Part shown: piece after piece, positions 32,312-40,875 of the stretch | How positions within the stretch are numbered: position 1 is the stretch's first letter | Layout of the letters: every line of letters starts with the position of its first letter | Source of the DNA: Candidatus Woesearchaeota archaeon | Lineage (GTDB): Archaea > Nanobdellota > Nanobdellia > Woesearchaeales > UBA10216 | Direction: 5' to 3' | NCBI GenBank assembly: GCA_016188145.1 | Contig: JACPIJ010000068.1 | Span: 1-42,278 of the forward strand | DNA: 42,278 nt | Notes under the pieces: generated by a model | Database searches by the model: none | Told to the model about the DNA's origin: nothing | What the model saw: only the letters and a program-made list of their open reading frames with translations | Translations under genes and position numbers: made by a program

Positions 32312-33523
32312 ATGTCAATAAGCCTGTGCATGATTGTGAAAAATGAGGCAGAGTTCATTGAGAGGTGCATCAATTCAGTTAAAGGGCTGGTTGACCAGAT
32401 CGTTGTTGTGGATACAGGCAGCAGCGATAACACTGTCGAGATTGCCAAAAGGCTTGGCGCTGAGGTCTATTTTTTTGAGTGGAATGACGATACCTCTGCA
32501 GCGAGGAATGAAAGCTTGAAACATGCAACCGGAGACTGGATTCTTGTTTTGGACGCTGACGAAACTATCTCTGGCAGCGACTTCGACAAGATACGAAAGT
32601 TAGCCGCTGATGCCGAATATGACGGCTACGCTCTTGTGCAAAGAAACTACACTAATGACACCTACCGCGAGGATTTTCTTTGGGCACTAAACGATGCCTA
32701 CGAGGAAAGCAGAGGGTTTACAGGCTGGGTTCCAAGGCTGATAGTGAGACTTTTCAGGAACAAGCCGGAAATAAAGTTTGAGGGTGTAGCACATGAGCTG
32801 GTTGAGCCGGCTATTGAGAGAACCGGAAGCAAGTATGCGGTTGCTGATGTTCCCATCCACCACTTTAAGGAAAAGAAGTCTGCAAACTACCTCAGGGCTA
32901 AGCCTGAGCATTACCGCAGGATAGGGGAGAAAAAGCTCGCTGCAGAGCCTAACAATCCAAGAGCATGGCACGAGATGGGTACAGTGGAAAGAGAAGCGGA
33001 AAACTTTGCGAAAGCTAAGGAGTATTTTGAGAAAGCCGTCGGGCTTGATGGCAGGTTTGTTGAAGCATGGCATAGCTTAGGCGTTTGCTGCAGCAAACTC
33101 GGCGATACGGACGGGGCAATTGCTGCTTTTAAAAAAGCTATTGGCCTGAATCCGCATTACCCAACGCCTTATTTCAGCTTGGGTGTAGCTTACCACAGGA
33201 AAGGCATGCTTAATGCAGCCAGGGACATTATAGTCGAGGGGATGAAAAGGAACCCGAACGACTTCAACGCCATGACAAATCTCGGGGCAATTTATGAGCA
33301 GGGCGGCAATCCGGAAAAGGCTGTTGAGGTTCTGCAGCATGTAGTGGGCATTGACAACAGCAACTGCAGGGCATTCTACAATTTAGGCGTTGCGCTGGAA
33401 AAATCAAACAGGCATAAAGAAGCAGCAGAAGCTTATGAGAAAGCAGCTGAGCTTAATTACGCGAAAAAAGCTGAAGCTTTGAGAAGGGCACAGGTTCTGA
33501 GAAGTCTAAGCACGGGAAAATAA
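32312..33523 (+). CDS. GT2-family glycosyltransferase fused to TPR repeats
   Basis: SISLCMIVKNEAEFIERCI, VVVDTGSSDNT and LVLDADE are present, followed by at least four TPR-like repeats. TATA-like GTATATAAAGG lies at about 32258-32268. ATG 32288 is an alternative leaderless start. Confidence 0.85.
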   Translation: MSISLCMIVKNEAEFIERCINSVKGLVDQIVVVDTGSSDNTVEIAKRLGAEVYFFEWNDDTSAARNESLKHATGDWILVLDADETISGSDFDKIRKLAADAEYDGYALVQRNYTNDTYREDFLWALNDAYEESRGFTGWVPRLIVRLFRNKPEIKFEGVAHELVEPAIERTGSKYAVADVPIHHFKEKKSANYLRAKPEHYRRIGEKKLAAEPNNPRAWHEMGTVEREAENFAKAKEYFEKAVGLDGRFVEAWHSLGVCCSKLGDTDGAIAAFKKAIGLNPHYPTPYFSLGVAYHRKGMLNAARDIIVEGMKRNPNDFNAMTNLGAIYEQGGNPEKAVEVLQHVVGIDNSNCRAFYNLGVALEKSNRHKEAAEAYEKAAELNYAKKAEALRRAQVLRSLSTGK

Positions 33524-33535
33524 AGCGCCCAATGC

Positions 33536-33877
33536 CTATGTAAATCCTTTTGGGCCGATAACCTTTAGAATTTGCTTGATCTCGTTTATTGTTTCCTGCT
33601 GGTGTTTCTTGTCTGACATCCTGACAAACCGTATCAGTAAGTCGGTTAATTCTTCCTCTATCAGGCACTTGAGCTTAAAACCATCGGTAATGAAATAAAA
33701 CCTAAACGTGCCATATCTCAGTTCTTTAATGACAATGCCACCAACCGTTCCGAGCAGTTTCCCTTTTTGGGGTGACTGCTCGAGTGTTTGCATCAAATCT
33801 ACAATCTTAAATGCTTCTTGCTTGAATTTTCTTTCAATCTCTTGGTAGAGGGTTTCAGTTATCTCTACTTTGACCAT
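33536..33877 (-). CDS. RelE/ParE-like toxin candidate
   Basis: QSPQKGKLLGTVGGIVIKELRYGTFRFYFI fits the RelE/ParE core pattern p..G..L.g.l.g.y.lR.g.yRiiY. It overlaps the upstream small gene by 13 nt. Confidence 0.5.
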   Translation of the reverse strand: MVKVEITETLYQEIERKFKQEAFKIVDLMQTLEQSPQKGKLLGTVGGIVIKELRYGTFRFYFITDGFKLKCLIEEELTDLLIRFVRMSDKKHQQETINEIKQILKVIGPKGFT

Positions 33878-34068
33878 CGTTTTGCAAGTCTTTTTCTGGC
33901 TTCATCCAAAGAAAGGGTGTTTTCAGATGACATTAGAAATTCCCGGAGTTGCTCTTTTACTGCAAGGCGGCACATTCTTTTAAGAATGTCTTCGTAAGTG
34001 TCTTCCTTGGTTCCGAAGGTTCCTATAAGTGCCTTTGTATCTTCGCTCAGCTGGATAGTGGTTGTCAT
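33865..34068 (-). CDS. Antitoxin candidate (67 aa)
   Basis: MTTTIQLSEDTKALIGTFGTKEDTYEDILKRM... looks like a beta-strand followed by helices. TATA-like TTTATATAC lies about 25-30 nt upstream. The longer track ORF would run into the tRNA gene. Confidence 0.45.
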   Translation of the reverse strand: MTTTIQLSEDTKALIGTFGTKEDTYEDILKRMCRLAVKEQLREFLMSSENTLSLDEARKRLAKRWSK

Positions 34069-34119
34069 ACTATGGTCGCTATAGCAGCTATAGTATATAA
34101 ATTTTATGGAAATAATAAG

Positions 34120-34302
34120 CGCCGGGACTGGGACTTTCACAGCCGTTTTCCCCCAGGGCTTTTGTGAGCCGCTGCGAACAAAAGGGCTGATTTGAACCCA
34201 GACACCCTTGCGGGAACAAGCTCTCGCAATGCTCTTCACATATTCCAGGCCTACGCTAAGCCTTCAGCTTATTTGCGCAATACCAGGTTATGCGATCCCG
34301 GC
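34120..34302 (-). tRNA. tRNA-Ser-like class II tRNA, most parsimonious anticodon GGA, with three putative introns (about 26/27, 37/38, 59/60)
   Basis: The acceptor is GCCGGGA/TCCCGGC, identical to tRNA-Ser(CGA). The D-arm is GCAT-AACCTGGTA-TTGC. A 22-nt insert sits at 34254-34275. The anticodon arm is TAGGC-CTGGAA|20 nt, 34223-34242|A-GCTTG, and the 15-nt variable arm contains CCC-GCAA-GGG. The T-arm is CTGGG-TTCAAA|57 nt, 34134-34190|T-CCCAG. The exon lengths sum consistently to 84 nt. The anticodon assignment is tentative. Confidence 0.7.
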
Positions 34303-34372
34303 ATGACCCCTTTAAGAAAGCGGTCAATCGGAAAACGACTGACTCCTCTTAGAAAGGTCAATTGAAAAGAAC
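34303..34372 (-). promoter_or_regulatory. Conserved ~70-nt block immediately upstream of tRNA-Ser(GGA) (copy 2)
   Basis: See 29289-29357. It contains GGTCAATCGGAAAAC at 34322-34336 and GGTCAATTGAAAAG at 34355-34368, with the same 33-nt spacing. Confidence 0.6.
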
Positions 34373-34416
34373 TCAGTGCTGATTTATAAATCTGTTGCAG
34401 AAAAACAGAACTCGCA

Positions 34417-35778
34417 TCAACCCTTAAACCCTTCCAGCCCCTTCATCCCGCCCATCTTGCCGAGCATCTGCTGCATCTTCTTTGGTGTTGCGCCTTTGAA
34501 CATCTTGACTACTTTCTTGCTTTGGCGGTATTGCTTCATCAGTTCTTTTACCTCGCCGCTGCTGATGCCAGCGCCTTTTGCTATGCGGTCAATCCTGTCT
34601 GCGGTAAGGAGCTCAGGGTCCTCAAGCTCTTTCTTCGTCATGCTGTCCATTGCGAATTTCCACTTCTTAAGCTTCCCTTCCTGCACTTCAAGCATGTCCT
34701 TCGGCAGCTTGAGCTGCCCGAATCCCGGAATCATCTCCATGACCTTGGCTATGGGCCCCATCTTTCTCATGGCACTCATCTGCTCGTAAAGGTCAAGCAA
34801 GGTGAACTCGCCCTTTAGGAATTTCTCGCTGATGTCCTTGGCTTCCTCTTCTGTTATGGCTTCCTTTGCCTTTTCAAGCAGTGCCTCAATATCGCCCATT
34901 CCAAGAAGTCTGCCGACAAACCCTTTTGGGTTGAACCTTTCCAAGTCCTCAATCTTCTCCCCAACACCCACGAACTTTATCGGCGCCCCTGAAACCGAGC
35001 AGGCGCTGAGCGCTCCCCCGCCTTTTGCAGTGCCTTCAAGCTTTGTGATGATGACACCGGTTATTTTGCATGCTTCATGGAAGGCTGTTGCCTGCTTCTC
35101 TGCCGCCTGCCCGATGTCAGCGCTGATGATGAGAAGGTTCTCTTTCGGTTTAATGACATCGGAAACGGATTTAAGCTCGTCTATGAGTTGTGTTGAAAGC
35201 GCATCCCTTCCTGCAGTGTCAACAATCACAACATCAAATTTTTTAAGTTCGTTTTCGCAGCTGCCGTAAATTTTTAACGGATTTTTCTCGCTTTTGTTGC
35301 CAAATACTGGCACTCCGATCTGTTTTCCGAGTTGCTGGAGCTGGTCAAATGCTGCCGGCCTGTAGACGTCAAGCTGCACAAGGGCCACCTTCAGGGCTCG
35401 TTTTGAGAAATATCTGGCTAATTTTCCTGCTGTCGTTGTCTTGCCGGAGCCAAACAGCCCTGAAAGCATAATCGTTGTTGGCTTTGCTGAGGTGTCTATC
35501 TTGCTTTCCTCGCCTCCCAGGAATTTGACAAGCTCCTCGTAAACTACTTTGATGAGGTATTCGCGCTTTGTCAGGCTGCCTGGAGTCTCCTCTTTCAGAA
35601 CTCGCTCCCTGATGCGCTGGCTGAGGCCGAAAACGAGCTTTACGTTAACATCAGACTGCAGAAGAGCCCTCTGCAGCTCCTTGACCAGCCCGTTCACCAA
35701 AGTGTCATCTACAAAGATGCTCCTTGCAACCTTTTGCAGGGCATCCTTCAGCGATTCTCCAAGCTTGTCCAGAACCAT
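34417..35778 (-). CDS. srp54: Signal recognition particle protein SRP54
   Basis: The GTPase motifs are GLFGSGKTTTAGKLA, DTAGR and TKLEGTAKGG. A Met-rich M domain is present. Confidence 0.95.
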   Translation of the reverse strand: MVLDKLGESLKDALQKVARSIFVDDTLVNGLVKELQRALLQSDVNVKLVFGLSQRIRERVLKEETPGSLTKREYLIKVVYEELVKFLGGEESKIDTSAKPTTIMLSGLFGSGKTTTAGKLARYFSKRALKVALVQLDVYRPAAFDQLQQLGKQIGVPVFGNKSEKNPLKIYGSCENELKKFDVVIVDTAGRDALSTQLIDELKSVSDVIKPKENLLIISADIGQAAEKQATAFHEACKITGVIITKLEGTAKGGGALSACSVSGAPIKFVGVGEKIEDLERFNPKGFVGRLLGMGDIEALLEKAKEAITEEEAKDISEKFLKGEFTLLDLYEQMSAMRKMGPIAKVMEMIPGFGQLKLPKDMLEVQEGKLKKWKFAMDSMTKKELEDPELLTADRIDRIAKGAGISSGEVKELMKQYRQSKKVVKMFKGATPKKMQQMLGKMGGMKGLEGFKG

Positions 35779-35832
35779 TTTGCCGTGGAAGAATTCGGGA
35801 TTCGGCAGCCTATTTAAAAGTATTCACAAAAG

Positions 35833-36150
35833 TCACAGCGTTATGGTTTTGCTTATTTCGCTCTCAACCTTGCTAAGGGCTGTTTCCAGAGCAAGCATCA
35901 GGTCCTTGTTTGTCACTGTTGACGTGAAGATTTTGCCCTTGTCAAAAGCCGAAACGTGCACTTCGTATTTTTCGGAGTGCTCCTGAGCGTGCACCTTCTT
36001 CATCCTTACAGCCAGTTTTTCAAAGCCAATGCATAGCTTGGAATACCGGCTCATGTAGTAGCTGATTCTGCTGTTGACAACGGCCATTGCCGAGTCGTCA
36101 ATATCTTTGAAGCCGGACAATTCAAGGTTTGGGCCAAAATCAGCAGGCAT
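35833..36150 (-). CDS. HPF/RaiA (S30AE)-like ribosome-associated factor candidate
   Basis: The pattern matches short HPF proteins. LELSGFKDIDDSAMAVVNSRISYYMSRYSK corresponds to the N-terminal region, KYEVHVSAF..GKIFTSTVTNKDLMLALETALSKVESEI to the C-terminal region. This is a by-eye alignment only. Confidence 0.45.
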   Translation of the reverse strand: MPADFGPNLELSGFKDIDDSAMAVVNSRISYYMSRYSKLCIGFEKLAVRMKKVHAQEHSEKYEVHVSAFDKGKIFTSTVTNKDLMLALETALSKVESEISKTITL

Positions 36151-36300
36151 TTCAGGGGCTTATGTAGCAAAGCAGGTATAAAAGAATTGCGGTTGTAGTA
36201 AAATTGTTAGTGACGTGAGAAAGGGCTAGCGAAAGCATTAAAAACGCTTGTTCGTAATTCAGGGCAAGAATTTGTCTTTTATGCAAAAGAGGAAGGTTGG

Positions 36301-36810
36301 ATGATTTTTGGTAACTCTGCCAGGGCCCAGGCCGCCATGGAGTTCCTGATGACGTATGGCTGGGCCATACTCGTCGTTCTCGTTGTTATCATGGCTCTGG
36401 CTTACTTTGGCGTGCTGAGCCCGTCTAACTTGCTGCCGGAGAAGTGCACCTTCTCTGCAGAAGTATACTGCTTGGACTTCACTGTTGGAGCAAGCGACGT
36501 GACGGTTGTGCTTTCGGACGCTACCAACAAGCCTATGCTAATAGAATCAGTGTCAGCCGCTTCGCAAGCTTTGGGCGATGGTGACATTGGCCAGGGGTGC
36601 GGCACTGAAGTGGAAGGCTACCCGGTATCCCTGAAACCGGGCGAAAGCGCGGCATTTGTGATGGACATACCACCTGAAGGCTCAACGTGCGATTACGCAG
36701 ACACCGGACGAGACATAAACAGGTACAACCTGACACTACTTTATTCGTGGCAAGACAGCCTTGGTATTTTGCACGAGATAAGTGGAGAGGCCTTTGCGCG
36801 GAAAAAGTAA
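36301..36810 (+). CDS. Archaeal type IV pilin-like protein (class III signal peptide, DUF361-like)
   Basis: The N-terminus is MIFGNSARAQAAMEFLMTYGWAILVVLVVIMALAYF. It has a charged residue, then Q-x3-EF, then a hydrophobic helix. Confidence 0.6.
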   Translation: MIFGNSARAQAAMEFLMTYGWAILVVLVVIMALAYFGVLSPSNLLPEKCTFSAEVYCLDFTVGASDVTVVLSDATNKPMLIESVSAASQALGDGDIGQGCGTEVEGYPVSLKPGESAAFVMDIPPEGSTCDYADTGRDINRYNLTLLYSWQDSLGILHEISGEAFARKK

Positions 36811-36902
36811 CTGTCAGCTCAGGCAAAGCAAAAGCTATTTAAAACCGAAGTACAATTGATAAAGGGAACACGCTTTTTAAGCTGTGTCTTAGTTGGTGCT
36901 GC

Positions 36903-38384
36903 ATGGCAAAGAACACTGGAGTAAAGTATTTGATTTGCACTGGCGTGCTGCTTTCTCTGGTTTTAGCCCTTTACTTTTCAATTGACTCAGCGGCTGTTGC
37001 CGCAAGCGGTTGTACTGATACTGATGGCGGCAAGAACATTTACGCCAAAGGAAACGTGACGTGGGCAGGCGCGGTGTCCTCAAAAATAAGAACAGACAGC
37101 TGCTCAAGATTGTCCACTAATAGGCTTTTGGAGTATTACTGCGATGGCAGCAGCCTGCACGGAACTTACGTTTACTGCCCATCAGGCTATAAGTGCAGCG
37201 ATGGTGCCTGCGTGCCTGGCGGCGGCTCAAATGGCGAATTAGGCTCTGCCGGCTCAGCTACAGGAAGCGGCTATGTTCCGTGTTGGGACTCTGACGGCGG
37301 GAAGGATGTTTACGTCACTGGCATTACCAAAGGCATTTACAGCGATGCCGCAGGCGGGCCAACAGGGGGGACTACATACCAGGGAAAATCATACCCGAAC
37401 GGCGCTTATGGCGAATTTCAGGACTACTGCCTGGGGTTAAGCATGTATGAGTACTCGTGTTTTGGCAGTGGCAGAAAATCTTATGTGACGCAAAGCGATG
37501 TTCTTTGCCAGAATGGCTGCAGGGACGGTGCGTGTTTAAAAGAGCTCCCGCCTGAGAACAAATGCTCTGACTCAGATGGCGGCGAAAACTTGTATGTTAA
37601 AGGCACAACCAGCGGTTTGACGAGCATTGGCGGCAAAGATGTGGAGACAGACTCATGCTCTGTCCCTGGTGGCAGGCTTATAGAGTACGTATGCAACCAG
37701 TTTAATATCGTCTTGGGATATTCATCGGATTGCCCGTCCGGGTACAAGTGCAGCGATGGTGCCTGCGTGTCTGCTTCTGCCCCGCCTCCGGTTCAGAACG
37801 TGACCCAATCATCTGTCTGCGGTGACGGCGTTTGCAACGGGACAGAGACCAGTGCAACGTGCCCTGCTGATTGCAGGCCGGCTGACTCCTGCACTGATAC
37901 GGATGGCGGCAACGTGCCAAGTGTTTCCGGCATTGTTTTCGGTTACCTTCAGGGAGCCTCTTATAGCTATGGGGACATCTGTGTGAATGCTAGCAGCTTG
38001 ATGGAATATTTCTGCAGCGGAACAGCCCCTTTCATGCAGCAGCAGGCATGTGCTTCAGGATGCAGCAACGGAGCCTGTACCGCATCTGCGGCGAGCGCTG
38101 GCGTGTGCAGTTTTGCCCCTGACGGTGTGTGCCCTTCAACCTGCGCGGTAGGATCAGATGCTGATTGCTGCACAAATAAAGGATATTATGTGCTCACGTA
38201 CAACCAAAGTGGTGCATGCGTACCGGGCTGCTACCCCACAGATTACACTCCTGCAACCAAGCCTTGCTCTCCATGCACTCTTCAGTATTCAGACAGCGCA
38301 TGTCCAAACTGGTGCAGTGCAGGGAGTGACTACGACTGCTGTAAGCAAGCCGGGAAAACCCCGACCAGCAGCGGTTGCGTGTAG
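36903..38384 (+). CDS. Cys-rich repeat surface protein (signal anchor + at least 4 repeats of C[TS]D[ST]DGGxNxYxKG...EYxC...CPSGYKCSDGACV)
   Basis: An N-terminal TM segment is present. The repeats are internal and visible at DNA level: the 24-nt stretch AAGTGCAGCGATGGTGCCTGCGTG occurs twice, near 37190 and 37745. Confidence 0.7.
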   Translation: MAKNTGVKYLICTGVLLSLVLALYFSIDSAAVAASGCTDTDGGKNIYAKGNVTWAGAVSSKIRTDSCSRLSTNRLLEYYCDGSSLHGTYVYCPSGYKCSDGACVPGGGSNGELGSAGSATGSGYVPCWDSDGGKDVYVTGITKGIYSDAAGGPTGGTTYQGKSYPNGAYGEFQDYCLGLSMYEYSCFGSGRKSYVTQSDVLCQNGCRDGACLKELPPENKCSDSDGGENLYVKGTTSGLTSIGGKDVETDSCSVPGGRLIEYVCNQFNIVLGYSSDCPSGYKCSDGACVSASAPPPVQNVTQSSVCGDGVCNGTETSATCPADCRPADSCTDTDGGNVPSVSGIVFGYLQGASYSYGDICVNASSLMEYFCSGTAPFMQQQACASGCSNGACTASAASAGVCSFAPDGVCPSTCAVGSDADCCTNKGYYVLTYNQSGACVPGCYPTDYTPATKPCSPCTLQYSDSACPNWCSAGSDYDCCKQAGKTPTSSGCV

Positions 38385-38408
38385 AAGCTGCAGCAGCTAC
38401 ATTATTGC

Positions 38409-39704
38409 ATGAAAGTCTTCATAGAAACTTACGGCTGTTCTGCCAACGTGAACGATTCCGAGATAATGGCAGGGCTCCTCACTAAAGACGGGCATCAAAT
38501 CGTTGCAGCTGCCGACGAAGCTGACGCGGTTATCGTCAACACCTGCACTGTCAAGGGCCCAACAGAAGAAAAAATAAGGACGAGGATAAGACAGATACAA
38601 GGAAATAACGGCCATAAAAAGTTAATCGTAGCGGGGTGCATGGCAGAAGCCCAGACTGAAAGTGTCAGAAAACTGGCACCGGCTGCTGCTATCATCGGAA
38701 CTCACAAAATAAATGAAATCGTTGATGTCGTTGAAGGCAGGAAATCGGTTGCGGTTGGCGGCAACAGCAGCCTGAATAAAGCTGAACTGCCGAAAATAAA
38801 CGTAAACAACCTCGTAAGCATAATCCAGATTAACGATGGCTGCCTGGGAGCCTGCTCGTTCTGCATCACAAGGCTCGCAAGGGGGAACACCTTTTCCTAT
38901 CCCGTTGGCACTATCCGCAACAGTGTTGAAGAGGCCGTAAAAAGCGGGTGCAGGGAGGTATGGCTCACAAGCCAGGACACAGGGACTTATGGGCTAGACA
39001 GGCGCACAAACCTTCCGCAATTGCTGCAGCAGCTATGTGAAGTTGGGGGCGAATTCAAGATTCGTGTCGGGATGATGAATCCCTCATTGGCAAATCACCT
39101 GCTGCAGCCGCTGGTTGACTCTTATAAAAATGACAAGGTATTCAAATTCCTGCACATTCCGCTTCAGTCAGGAAGCAACCCGGTCCTGGCAGCGATGAAG
39201 AGGGGATACAAGGTTGAGACGTTCAAGAAGATTGTTGGAGATTTTAGGAAGCAGTTGCCTCGGATTACGATTGCAACAGACATAATCTGCGGCTTCCCGG
39301 CAGAAACAGAAGGGGATTTTAACGAAACACTAGCCGTTGTTGAAGAAACGAAACCTGACATTGTCAACATCTCAAGGTTCTGGCCAAGGCCGGGCACGGC
39401 AGCGGCAGTGCTGGAAAGGCTGCCGGACAGCGTTGTGATGGGCAGGAGCAGGAAACTCCACAGCCTTGCAAGGAAAATCGCTCTTGGGAACAACCGGAAA
39501 TGGGCAGGGTGGAGGGGAAAAATCATTGTTGACGAAAAAGGGAAAGTGCCAGGCACGTTTGTCGGCAGGAACTTTGCTTACAATCCAGTCGTTGTCAGCA
39601 GCGAGAAGGATCTGTCAGGAAGGCTTATTGAGGTTGAGATTACAGGTGCTGCTGCCGCATGCATTTATGGCAGGATTATTCCTCTTCAAGCAGCCCTTCT
39701 GTAA
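38409..39704 (+). CDS. Radical-SAM methylthiotransferase, archaeal MiaB-like/MtaB (CDKAL1-like) type
   Basis: The UPF0004 N-terminus is MKVFIETYGCSANVNDSE. The radical SAM motif is CLGACSFCITRLARG. A TRAM-like C-terminus is present. Confidence 0.9.
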   Translation: MKVFIETYGCSANVNDSEIMAGLLTKDGHQIVAAADEADAVIVNTCTVKGPTEEKIRTRIRQIQGNNGHKKLIVAGCMAEAQTESVRKLAPAAAIIGTHKINEIVDVVEGRKSVAVGGNSSLNKAELPKINVNNLVSIIQINDGCLGACSFCITRLARGNTFSYPVGTIRNSVEEAVKSGCREVWLTSQDTGTYGLDRRTNLPQLLQQLCEVGGEFKIRVGMMNPSLANHLLQPLVDSYKNDKVFKFLHIPLQSGSNPVLAAMKRGYKVETFKKIVGDFRKQLPRITIATDIICGFPAETEGDFNETLAVVEETKPDIVNISRFWPRPGTAAAVLERLPDSVVMGRSRKLHSLARKIALGNNRKWAGWRGKIIVDEKGKVPGTFVGRNFAYNPVVVSSEKDLSGRLIEVEITGAAAACIYGRIIPLQAALL

Positions 39705-39795
39705 AGCCCCTCATGAAGCCCTCTTCCCCGGGGCTAATCTCGTCGTCGTCGAGATAGTTCTCGAACGTGTCATAAAAATCGTCGGTATCCGCCAT
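39676..39795 (-). CDS. Small acidic protein (39 aa)
   Basis: GAGGTGAT lies 6 nt upstream of ATG 39795. A strong AAAGGTTTATATATAG BRE/TATA lies further upstream on the minus strand. The translation is MADTDDFYDTFENYLDDDEISPGEEGFMRGFTEGLLEEE*. Its 3' end overlaps the convergent MiaB-like gene by 29 nt. Confidence 0.35.
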   Translation of the reverse strand: MADTDDFYDTFENYLDDDEISPGEEGFMRGFTEGLLEEE

Positions 39796-39971
39796 CTGTA
39801 TCACCTCTTCGACTTGGTTGATTGTCACACCAAAACACGTTTTATATGATAACATCATACGATATATGATATCTATATATAAACCTTTCGCTTATATTAC
39901 CTTCTCACACAAACGAAACGTTTAAATACGGAACTGCCCATTGCAGTGCGAAACGTGGCAGGGGTTTCGAA

Positions 39972-40814
39972 ATGAAAGAAAGGGTAACTCTTACGCTTGA
40001 CGGCAGCGTGCTGGCTGAGGTTGACCGCAAGGTAGATGGCCACAGGATTAAGAACAGGAGCCACGCCATTGAGCTTCTCCTCATGCAGGCACTCGGAAGC
40101 GCCGACATGCCCAAGGTAGCTGTTATACTCGCAGGAGGTGTGGGCACGAGGCTTCAGCCAATAACCTTTGAGATTCCAAAGCCGCTTGTTCTGGTTCACG
40201 ACCGGACTTTACTTGAGCACCAATTTGACCTTTTCAAGAAATTCGGCATAAAGAACATAGTCCTGTCCATCGGCTACAAGGGAGAAAAGATAAAGCACGC
40301 CATTGGAGATGGAAGGAGGTTTGGCGTCAACGTGAGCTACGTTGAGGAGGCCAAGGCCCTGGGCACGGCAGGCCCACTGAGGCTTGCCAAGGCGTTCCTC
40401 ACAGAGACATTCATAACAACAAACTCAGACGAGCTTAAGGAGATTGACCTTCACGACATGTACCTCTTCCACAAGGAAAACAAGGCGCTTGTGACAATTG
40501 CTTTAACAACCGTAGACAACCCGAGCATGTATGGCGTTGCCAGGATGCAGGGAGGCAAGATACTTGAATTCGTTGAGAAGCCAAAAAAGGATGATGCCCC
40601 GTCAAACCTGATTAACTCAGGCCTGTACATGATGGAGCCTGAAGTGCTTGATTATATCAAAAGCGATGGCTTTTCCATGCTTGAGAAGGACGTGTTCCCA
40701 AAACTGGCTCACGAGGGCAAGCTCTTCGGCTACCCCTTTTCAGGCCAGTGGTTCAACACAGGCACGCTGGAGCTCTACGAGAAGGCAATAAAGGAATGGA
40801 AAGACATCATCTGA
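39972..40814 (+). CDS. RHH (CopG-like) domain fused to a sugar-1-phosphate nucleotidyltransferase
   Basis: The N-terminus is MKERVTLTLDGSVLAEVDRKVDGHRIKNRSHAIELLLMQAL, a strand-helix-helix pattern. It is followed by AVILAGGVGTRLQPIT..IPKPLV and the rest of an NTP_transferase fold. Confidence 0.85.
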   Translation: MKERVTLTLDGSVLAEVDRKVDGHRIKNRSHAIELLLMQALGSADMPKVAVILAGGVGTRLQPITFEIPKPLVLVHDRTLLEHQFDLFKKFGIKNIVLSIGYKGEKIKHAIGDGRRFGVNVSYVEEAKALGTAGPLRLAKAFLTETFITTNSDELKEIDLHDMYLFHKENKALVTIALTTVDNPSMYGVARMQGGKILEFVEKPKKDDAPSNLINSGLYMMEPEVLDYIKSDGFSMLEKDVFPKLAHEGKLFGYPFSGQWFNTGTLELYEKAIKEWKDII

Positions 40815-40875
40815 TTATTGATTTTTCTATTCGGCAACAGCGGCTGCAGCTGCGATAAGAATCAAAATACGGGGC

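Noticed and set aside
31975-32448. 157-aa minus-strand ORF
   Set aside because: It overlaps the GT2 gene start and its promoter. A different frame of the same strand encodes a compact RGG/zinc-ribbon protein with recognisable motifs, which I preferred.
34069-34239. N-terminal extension of the 124-aa ORF upstream of the RelE-like gene
   Set aside because: The extension runs into the tRNA-Ser(GGA) gene and upstream of the TATA-like box. The internal Met at 34068 gives a typical ~67-aa antitoxin.
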